Made by a program: the position numbers and the translations under genes. This document shows, piece after piece, positions 9,507 through 17,136 of a stretch of DNA of 64,000 nt (the stretch's first letter is position 1; each line of letters starts with the position of its first letter). The DNA comes from Bacteroidales bacterium (GTDB taxonomy: Bacteria; Bacteroidota; Bacteroidia; Bacteroidales; ML635J-15), in the NCBI GenBank assembly GCA_963676165.1, contig OY781043.1:3642023-3706022 (forward strand), written 5' to 3'. Under the pieces are notes generated by a model. It did no database searches, was not told the DNA's origin, and worked only from the letters and a program-made list of their open reading frames with translations.

Positions 9507-10856
9507 ATGAAGACGGTCATAACATACGGAACTTTTGATCTTATCCATCAGGGACATATCAACATTTTAAAACGGGCAAAAGCACTGGGAGATAAGTTAA
9601 TTGTTGGTGTGACAGGGGAGCAATACGATTTTGATCGTGGCAAGCTGAATGTGGAAGAGAGTCTTGAAAAGCGCATTGAGAGTGTCAAAGAAACTGGTTT
9701 AGCAGATCAGGTTATCGTTGAAAACTATCAAGGGCAGAAAATTTCAGATGTTCAAAAGTACGATGTGGATGTTTTTGTAATTGGTTCAGATTGGTTAGGG
9801 AAGTTTGATTATCTCAAAGAGTATTGTGAGGTCGTTTATCTTGAACGGACAAAAAACATTTCAAGTACTGAACTTCGAAATGAAAAGCATAAAAACATAA
9901 GCCTTGGAATTGTTGGTACAGGTCGTATTGCTGAGCGTTTCATTCCTGAATCGAAGTTTGTGAGTGGATGTCAGATTATTGGAGTGCATTCTCGGACAGT
10001 TGAAAAAGCGCAATCATTTGCAGAGCGACACGAGTTGTATTTCCATACGGATAAGTATGAAGATCTGTTAAAGCAAGTGGATGCAGTGTATATTGCAACT
10101 CCCCATCAGTTTCATTTTGACATGGCAAAACAAGCACTTGAGCAAGGTGTTCATGTGCTGTGTGAAAAACCAATTACCTTATCCACAGAAGAGCTTAAAA
10201 CCTTATATCGGCTTGCTGAAGAAAAACATCTGGTTATTGTTGAGGCGGTAAAAACATCCTATGCTCCAGGTTTTATTCGCCTTGTTGAAATTGCAAAATC
10301 AGGAATTATCGGGAACATAAAATCTGTTGAGGCATGTTTTACGAAATTGGCAGATGAAGAGACTCGTGAAATGCAAAATGATGGATTTGGAGGGTCGGTA
10401 AATGAGCTTTCAACTTATCCGCTCACAGCCATTTCCCAATTGTTAGGGAAGCCCAAATCTCAGCGATTTGAAGCGCATATGCGGGACTCGTTAGATCTGT
10501 TTACCCGTATTCATTTGCAATATGATCACGCTGTTGCAACTGCTAAAGTTGGATTGGGAGTAAAGTCCGAAGGAATGATGACAATTTCTGGGACAAAGGG
10601 TTATGTGTATGTTCCTGCTCCTTGGTGGAAAACACAAGAGTTTGAAGTGCGTTTTGAAAATTCTGCCAATAACAGTAAGTATTTTCATAAGTTTTATGGA
10701 GATGGTTTGCGTTACGAAATCGCTGAATTTGTCAGTTTGATTCAAAACGATAAAAAGGAAAGCTGGAAACATAGTCGCGAAACTTCTTTGATTGTGACTG
10801 AAATTATTGATGCTTTTCATAAAGCGAAAGCGGAAAAAAGTATAGTGGTTTTCTAA
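9507..10856 (+). CDS. Fusion protein: TagD-type cytidylyltransferase (N-terminal) plus Gfo/Idh/MocA-family NAD(P) oxidoreductase (C-terminal)
   Basis: The N-terminal ~130 aa has TYGTFDLIHQGHINILKRAK and ISSTELR, the HxGH and RTxGISTT-like nucleotidyltransferase motifs of glycerol-3-phosphate cytidylyltransferase. The remainder begins with the Rossmann motif ISLGIVGTGRIAERF and has EKP (CEKPITL), typical of Gfo/Idh/MocA. Confidence 0.7.
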   Translation: MKTVITYGTFDLIHQGHINILKRAKALGDKLIVGVTGEQYDFDRGKLNVEESLEKRIESVKETGLADQVIVENYQGQKISDVQKYDVDVFVIGSDWLGKFDYLKEYCEVVYLERTKNISSTELRNEKHKNISLGIVGTGRIAERFIPESKFVSGCQIIGVHSRTVEKAQSFAERHELYFHTDKYEDLLKQVDAVYIATPHQFHFDMAKQALEQGVHVLCEKPITLSTEELKTLYRLAEEKHLVIVEAVKTSYAPGFIRLVEIAKSGIIGNIKSVEACFTKLADEETREMQNDGFGGSVNELSTYPLTAISQLLGKPKSQRFEAHMRDSLDLFTRIHLQYDHAVATAKVGLGVKSEGMMTISGTKGYVYVPAPWWKTQEFEVRFENSANNSKYFHKFYGDGLRYEIAEFVSLIQNDKKESWKHSRETSLIVTEIIDAFHKAKAEKSIVVF

Positions 10857-10898
10857 TCCGATTTCTGTTTGTCTTTAAGACAACTCTTGCTTATGGAT

Positions 10899-10948
10899 CG
10901 CTTTTGGACATGATTTTTGCAAAAAAAGCAAAAATGCCCGCCAAAAGC
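10899..10948. repeat. Two-tier palindromic intergenic repeat (family member 2)
   Basis: CGCTTTTGG-acatg-ATTTTTGC-aaaaaaa-GCAAAAAT-gcccg-CCAAAAGC. It lies 43 nt after the stop of the + strand gene and is near-identical to 46294-46342. Confidence 0.75.
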
Positions 10949-11052
10949 CATTGTGTTTTACAATAAAACCTCCGGGATTTATCCCAGAGCTATTCTTGTT
11001 CAATCATATCATTTTCACCGGACAATAATGATTATAAAAATCAATTGGTCTT

Positions 11053-12092
11053 ATACCAATTTAACTTTGATATGCCGCAGATAATTGGTATATTTAGGCA
11101 TGAAAAACCCAGTACAATTTGATATAAAAGAAAGCCTTCCGGAACTAAAAAAATTAAGGTTAAAACAGCCTACTTTGTCAAAACAAAAACGAGTGGATTG
11201 CTTAATTCACTTAAAAACATCTAAGTTTAAAACCCGACAAGATCTGGCCAACCACCTGGGAGTCCACATCCGCACCCAAGAACGCTGATTAGCACGATAC
11301 AGGGCAGAAGGGATTATATCATTAATATCAAACGAACCGCAAATCAGAGCGTCAAAAATCACCCCCGAGATCCATGATGCGCTGGAAGCTAAGCTCAATA
11401 GCCCAGACTCCCCGTTTTTAGGCTATTGGGAAGCGCAACAATGGGTTGAAGAAAAATTCAATGTTTCAATAAAATACCATTGGTTAAGAAAATACTTAAT
11501 TACCCATTTTAAAACGAAGCTGAAAAGCCCCAGGAAATCCCATTACAAAAAAGATGAACAGGCTATCGAATCCTTTTTTAAAACTGCCAGAGACATTCAA
11601 CGACCTTAGAATTAGTCTGGATAATGATAAGTATTCAGGGATAAACCTGTACTTCCAGGATGAAAGCCGTTTCGGATTAATGACACATATAGGCAAATAT
11701 CTTACCGCCAAAGGGATTAAGCCGATAGTCAAATATCAACATGCTTTTAAAAACACTTATCTGTACAGCAGTTACTCTCCGGTAAATGGAGATTCGTTTG
11801 TATGGGAAATCAATGGTACAGACACCAAAATATTTGAGGCTTACCTACAGGCTTTTTCCAAACATCGTGAGACAGAATATAAAATTGTGGTTATTGACAA
11901 TGCAGGGGTTCATTCAATATGGCAACACATCAAATCAAGGTTCAAAAATCACACTTTTGAAACGATGAAAAACGTAAAAGATTGGTTGGCAACAAGTGTA
12001 AACCAAATGACAGAAAAACAAATAATGTCAATAACCCTCAATGAAAAATATTTAACTAGTTTCAATGAGGCATTATTGGGCTAAATTGGTAT
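11053..12092 (+). mobile_element. IS630-family element 'ISa', copy B (both ends present, transposase inactivated)
   Basis: Ends are ATACCAATTTAAC (11053-) and TAAATTGGTAT (-12092), compatible with TA target duplication. orfA carries TGG to TGA (QER* at 11286-11288) and a 3-bp deletion. The DDE part carries an 81-bp in-frame deletion (VIDNAGVHS|IWQHIK) that removes PPYCPELNPCEK. Confidence 0.8.
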
Positions 12093-12123
12093 TATCCTCG
12101 GACTAAGAATACTGCTGATCCAT

Positions 12124-12156
12124 AAAAAAGCGCAAACTGTTTTCACAATCTGCGCT
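12124..12156 (-). terminator. Rho-independent terminator after sppA
   Basis: The minus strand reads AGCGCA-(16-nt loop)-TGCGCT followed by TTTTTT. Confidence 0.5.
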
Positions 12157-12181
12157 TTCGATATTTTATTGAAATATCAAT

Positions 12182-13966
12182 TTAGTTAATATCCACATCC
12201 ATCATCATACGAGCATAAACACCTTGTTCCATTTCAACAAAATCAAGAATTTCTTGATATGCTGTTTGGTTAAACCCAGGAATTTGGCTAAGCATTTCCA
12301 TACGTGACTGTACAGCAATGTCTTCCAGCAATGTTTCCATGAAGTCTTTTACTTTCGGCATTTCAACTAAAGAATATTTATCAAGGTCTGCAAGTTCAGC
12401 AGCTTTCTTTGTTGCTTCTTCTAATCCACCGAAATCGTCAATCAAACCAATTTCAAGCGCATTTTTGCCTGTCCAAACACGACCTTGTCCAATTTCATCT
12501 ACTTCTTCTTTTGTCATGCCACGACCATCTGCTACACGTGTAATAAAGACATCATAAAATCCTTCAACCATACCTTGCATATAGACTCTCTCTTGATCAG
12601 AGAATTGTCTTGAAATATTTCCCATATCCGCATATTCGTTGGTATTCACAACTTCAACATTGATTCCGATTTTCTCTTTCAACAATTGTTCTCCTGAGAA
12701 CATTAACCCAAAGACACCAATTGATCCTGTGATTGTAGTTGGTTGGGCATAAATATAATCGGCAGCACAAGAGATGTAATATCCACCTGAAGCAGCAAGA
12801 TTTCCCATACTGATAACAACAGGTTTTTCTTTTTTAGCAAGTACAATTTCACGCCACATAATTTCAGAAGCCTGACCACTTCCTCCCGGTGAGTTAACAC
12901 GAATTACAATCGCTTTAACGTCTTCATCGAGACGAGCTTTACGGATAGATTTAGCAAAACGATCTCCACCAATTTTAGTGTCATCACCATTCCCCATTAC
13001 AATGTTTCCTTCAGCAAAAATGACTGCAATTTTATCATCATGGAGTTTTACTTTTGCATTCATTTTATGATGATCGTTGTATTTTGCCATTGTCATAAAT
13101 TCAATCTCTTCATCCTCATCTTCACCTAATTTATCATTGATCAAAGCAAAGATTTCATCTTGATATTTTAATCCATCAACAAGTTTAAAGTCAACAGCTG
13201 CTTGAGTAGAATTCAATTTTAATTCATTGGCAATTGCATTCAGTTCATCAACAGAAATATCGCGAGTATCAGCAATGGTTTCCAGCATGTGATTCCAGAT
13301 ACTGGTAAGGTAAGTTAAGGTTTGCAATCTGTTAGCGTCACTCATTTCATTTGTTAAGAAAGGCTCAACTGCAGATTTGAATTTCCCATGACGAAAAACC
13401 TGAGGCTCAACACCAATTTTGTCCAAAGCATCTTTATAATACATCACTTGAGCAGACAACCCACGGAAATCCATCCATGCTTGAGGATCAAGGTAAATTT
13501 CATCTGCTGCAGTTGCGATATAATATCCTTTTTGGGTCATATTTGTAGCATATGCAATTACCCATTTGTCACTGCTTTCTTTAAAATCGACAATTGCATC
13601 ACGAATTTCTTCAGCAGTAGCCATTCCACAAGCAACAGTACTTAAATCGAGATAGATTCCTTCGATATTATCGTCTTTTTCAGCACGCTCAAGATTTTTA
13701 AGGATATCGTTAAGTCCAACGATTTTCTTAAGGTTATATGGGTCGAAATTAAAGGCTTCAAACGGATTCTGTGGTGTTCTATCAGGGATAGACATGCTAA
13801 AATCCATTTTGAGTACAGTTTCTTCTTCAATTTCAATTTTCTCAGGTTTGCTCACGCTGGAGATTAATGAGCCGATGGCTCCCATAAAAAGTAACAATGC
13901 AACAACTGAAGCGAGAATGAACCCCACCATTGATGCTGCCATAATTTTCCAGAAACTTGTTTTCAT
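12182..13966 (-). CDS. sppA: Signal peptide peptidase SppA, 67K type (tandem S49 domains)
   Basis: N-terminal TM segment and two ClpP/crotonase-like S49 halves (second half: VIRVNSPGGSGQASE, GNLAASGGYYISCAAD). I prefer the ATG at 13966 (MKTSFWKIMAAS), which removes the overlap with the upstream gene. Confidence 0.85.
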   Translation of the reverse strand: MKTSFWKIMAASMVGFILASVVALLLFMGAIGSLISSVSKPEKIEIEEETVLKMDFSMSIPDRTPQNPFEAFNFDPYNLKKIVGLNDILKNLERAEKDDNIEGIYLDLSTVACGMATAEEIRDAIVDFKESSDKWVIAYATNMTQKGYYIATAADEIYLDPQAWMDFRGLSAQVMYYKDALDKIGVEPQVFRHGKFKSAVEPFLTNEMSDANRLQTLTYLTSIWNHMLETIADTRDISVDELNAIANELKLNSTQAAVDFKLVDGLKYQDEIFALINDKLGEDEDEEIEFMTMAKYNDHHKMNAKVKLHDDKIAVIFAEGNIVMGNGDDTKIGGDRFAKSIRKARLDEDVKAIVIRVNSPGGSGQASEIMWREIVLAKKEKPVVISMGNLAASGGYYISCAADYIYAQPTTITGSIGVFGLMFSGEQLLKEKIGINVEVVNTNEYADMGNISRQFSDQERVYMQGMVEGFYDVFITRVADGRGMTKEEVDEIGQGRVWTGKNALEIGLIDDFGGLEEATKKAAELADLDKYSLVEMPKVKDFMETLLEDIAVQSRMEMLSQIPGFNQTAYQEILDFVEMEQGVYARMMMDVDIN

Positions 13967-13995
13967 TGTATTGCGTTTTTTTAGTAAAACATGTA

Positions 13996-15615
13996 TTAAA
14001 ATTTCTCGTCGTATTTTGTCCAAAGGTAATCGCTGAGTTGAATGGCTTCATCTACCACGCGATCACCCCAAGACATCGTATATTCTGTTAAAGCTTCTAT
14101 GCGTTGCTTTTCAGATTTCATATTGGTAATTGATTTCTCAAATGATTTTTGATTTTTAAACATTTCTGTTTGCAAAGGTTTCCATACGGCATCAACATCT
14201 TGACTCATATCACCCCAACGCTGTGCTGTTAAAGTTCCGAGTCGGTTAAATACCCACCAAGCAGATTTCATGGTATACCCATTGGTTCTTCCTGGTGTTT
14301 TATAGGTTTCAGGAAGGTCAGTTGCACCACAGTAAACGGGAATATAAATGGATGTTGCAATATTATCCTGAGCTAACCACAAAACACCACCAACTTCATC
14401 TGGTAACCAATCGCGACTCTGAGTAATTGTACCATACATTGTGTACCAACGTGCAATTGTTCGTTCTCCAAGAAACTGAATATGTCCATCATCTGAAACA
14501 TAATACCAACTACCACTTACAGGCATAATATCTAACTCATCATAAGGCATAAACGGATTAGCCAAAGGAGAAATAATTTGGTTCCCATTCTCATCCGCAG
14601 TGGTGATATTTCGTCTCATATCGTAAGGAGTACCTTGATAGTAATCTTTAAAAACATCGATCATTGCTTGCACACTCACTTTTTTGTCTGGCTTAACAGA
14701 AAACGGATAGTTTTCAGCGGTTGGAGACAATTTCAGGGAAGGTGCCAGCAAATCAAATACTCGCCATTCACGACGACGTGATGCCACAGATTGTCTGGAA
14801 TTTGGAGCATATGCATAAGCAAAACGGAAAGGTTCTGTTTCAGGATTCCACCATGTGCTATCCTTTGCCATGTCAAAAATATTTGCGGATACCATAAAAT
14901 AATCACTGTTATTCAAATCAATCTCACGAATTGTACTTGCATTTGCATTAACCGCAATGTGATCATCCGGCACTCGTTGAGCAACCCAGATTGCGCCAAC
15001 ATTTCCTTTCCCCGGACCCACGATTTCTAAATGCCAAACTTCTTTTGTGTCAGCAATTGTAAGACATTCACCAGCGTCGTTCCATCCATATTTCATGAGC
15101 AATTCATCTGCCATTTGGATAGCCTCACGTGCAGTGCTTGTACGTTGTAACATTAATTTGCACAAGCGCTGACAATCAATTAATCCTTCATCTGACTGCA
15201 AACAGGAACGTCCCCCAAAGGTAGATTCCCCTATCGCCAATTGCTTGGTGTTCATGCTAGGGTAAGCAGTATTAATGTAACCATTAGTTTCTTTTACCTG
15301 TGGTATTAAGCCTATCGGATTGTGTGCATAAGTTGGCATTGCAAAACTATCGCAAGCAACTCGCTTGTACATTGTCACGGTTTCACCGGGTTTATGTTTA
15401 CCTCCTGCTTGAATATCCATCCAGGAACGGGTTCTATGGCTATCATCTGTGTGACTTGTCATTACTGAACCATCGACACTTGCCAATTTACCAACAGTAA
15501 TACTCGTACAGCCCTCAGGAACTCCGCCTTTCCAGTCTGACTTGTCAACTTGTGCGTTGAGCGAAATTATCCCCGTAAGGAGAATCATGAGTGTTGTCAG
15601 GAGAATTTTGCACAT
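13996..15615 (-). CDS. Secreted C69-family dipeptidase
   Basis: Signal peptide, then GCTSITVGK. The Cys right after the signal or propeptide region is the N-terminal nucleophile signature of peptidase family C69. 539 aa is a typical size. Confidence 0.75.
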   Translation of the reverse strand: MCKILLTTLMILLTGIISLNAQVDKSDWKGGVPEGCTSITVGKLASVDGSVMTSHTDDSHRTRSWMDIQAGGKHKPGETVTMYKRVACDSFAMPTYAHNPIGLIPQVKETNGYINTAYPSMNTKQLAIGESTFGGRSCLQSDEGLIDCQRLCKLMLQRTSTAREAIQMADELLMKYGWNDAGECLTIADTKEVWHLEIVGPGKGNVGAIWVAQRVPDDHIAVNANASTIREIDLNNSDYFMVSANIFDMAKDSTWWNPETEPFRFAYAYAPNSRQSVASRRREWRVFDLLAPSLKLSPTAENYPFSVKPDKKVSVQAMIDVFKDYYQGTPYDMRRNITTADENGNQIISPLANPFMPYDELDIMPVSGSWYYVSDDGHIQFLGERTIARWYTMYGTITQSRDWLPDEVGGVLWLAQDNIATSIYIPVYCGATDLPETYKTPGRTNGYTMKSAWWVFNRLGTLTAQRWGDMSQDVDAVWKPLQTEMFKNQKSFEKSITNMKSEKQRIEALTEYTMSWGDRVVDEAIQLSDYLWTKYDEKF

Positions 15616-15707
15616 TTATCTCTACTTTTGTTTATTGAAAGCTAAATATATGCAATCATTTTGAAAATTACTGAAAAATTGAGTTTTTAAATTGACTTTA
15701 ACACAAT

Positions 15708-16466
15708 ATGAAAAATAATATTATACAAACTGAAGCGTACAAACGCACCGAAGAAATTCGCTCTTTCGAAGTTAATAGTGAGAAAAACATGAACATAGCA
15801 GGAATCGCCAGAAAGCTTCAAGAAATGGCTTGGGAACACTCTTCACGATTAAACTATGGATACAATGACTTAATCAAAAAACAATTTCACTGGGTACTTG
15901 CACGCACAGAAATTCAAATTCACAGACTTCCGGTTTGGACAGAATTTATTGAGTTAAGCACATGGCCAAGTGGGTTAGATGGATTGTTTTTCGTTCGTGA
16001 TTTTGAATACAAAGATCAAGAAGAGAAATTATGCATTTCCGGCTCATCAGACTGGTTGATCATTAATGAAAGATTACGTCCACAAATTCCAAACCATGTT
16101 ATGGAGTCCATTCCTATTAAAGACAAAAAAGCATTAGGGAAATATCCTGAAAAATTGACATATAAAACTGAAATGGAAAAAGTTTTTAATGTTCATATTC
16201 GCTTATCGGATCTTGACCCAAATTACCATACAAATAATGTAAGATATTACCAATGGACGGTAGACTGTCTTGCAGAGAAAAATATTTCAGACAATAACAT
16301 TACCCGAATTGAGATGAATTTTCTTCATGAGAGTAAAAAATCGGATGATTTAGAAATTCTTTATGCGAAAGATGAAAATGCCCATTGGGTAAAAGGCAAA
16401 CGAAACGGAAAACAAGATGTGTTTCTGTGTCGTGTAGAGACAATAGATAATGGCGTAGATGCGTAA
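15708..16466 (+). CDS. Acyl-ACP thioesterase
   Basis: 252 aa with a double hot-dog layout. It has the pattern typical of the FatA/FatB-like bacterial family (RSFEVNSEKNMNIAGIARKLQEMAWEHS, HWVLARTEIQI, LDPNYHTNNVRY). Confidence 0.7.
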   Translation: MKNNIIQTEAYKRTEEIRSFEVNSEKNMNIAGIARKLQEMAWEHSSRLNYGYNDLIKKQFHWVLARTEIQIHRLPVWTEFIELSTWPSGLDGLFFVRDFEYKDQEEKLCISGSSDWLIINERLRPQIPNHVMESIPIKDKKALGKYPEKLTYKTEMEKVFNVHIRLSDLDPNYHTNNVRYYQWTVDCLAEKNISDNNITRIEMNFLHESKKSDDLEILYAKDENAHWVKGKRNGKQDVFLCRVETIDNGVDA

Positions 16467-17083
16467 TAGCGGATCAAGCAAACTTTCTGTGGGGGAAGCC
16501 ACCAATATATACCATTTTTAACTTGCTTTCTTTCCTATCCCGAATCACAGAAAACTATACTTGAGTGTTCGGGATAAAAACGGATGTTATTATTTAAGGT
16601 GTTTTCACGAAAGAAAGCCTGCCCGCAAACCATTAAAAATATGTTGGCAGGCGGGCTAACAAAGAAAATCAGGCGCTGCACCACATTTCCCTATAAACGG
16701 ATATGATTTCCATGACCCGCGAAAAGTTCATCCCCTGCCTGCCTGTTTACCAGCCGAGGATGGCAGGCAGACTCGCAGGCACAGCTCTAAAAATTCCAAT
16801 CACATCTCGTTTAATTACGGTAAATTCACTGATGTGCCAAAGTTCGCATCTGGGGCATTACCAAGTATATGTCTGTAGTTTTACGAAAATCGGATAGTAC
16901 TGGACTAACGCAAAAACTTGCTGGGAATGTGGTTGTAGGTGTTATGCTGACAACGCCAACTGGCGTAGAAGTGAGTCAATAGCCAACCTGTACGACCGAT
17001 AGCGGGGACAAGTAGTAACAAAAGATTAACGTTCCCCACAACTTTTTTGTTTAACCCGTAATAGCACAGACGAGTAGAGGCAT

Positions 17084-17119
17084 AAAAAAACCTCCAAAGC
17101 TTGGCTTGGAGGTTTTTTT
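17084..17119. terminator. Bidirectional rho-independent terminator
   Basis: A7-CCTCCAA-agcttggc-TTGGAGG-T7. It lies 18 nt beyond the stop of the minus-strand S46 peptidase gene and closes the ORF-free region on the + strand. Confidence 0.65.
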
Positions 17120-17136
17120 GTTTATCTGTAAATTAC

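Noticed and set aside
16470-17083. Tested by eye whether the ORF-free island is tmRNA, RNase P RNA or SRP RNA.
   Set aside because: tmRNA: there is no tRNA-Ala-like acceptor with G3:U70, no T-arm (GGTTCGA-type) near either end, and no ...ALAA tag reading frame. RNase P: the minus strand has loose resemblances (GGUAAUGCC, CAGUGAAUUUACCG, GGCUGGUAAACAG, ACAGAAAG), but the universally conserved GGAAAGUCCGG / P4 partner is absent and the P4 strands are not complementary. SRP: only a CTGTTTACCAG string matches. None is convincing without a covariance-model search.
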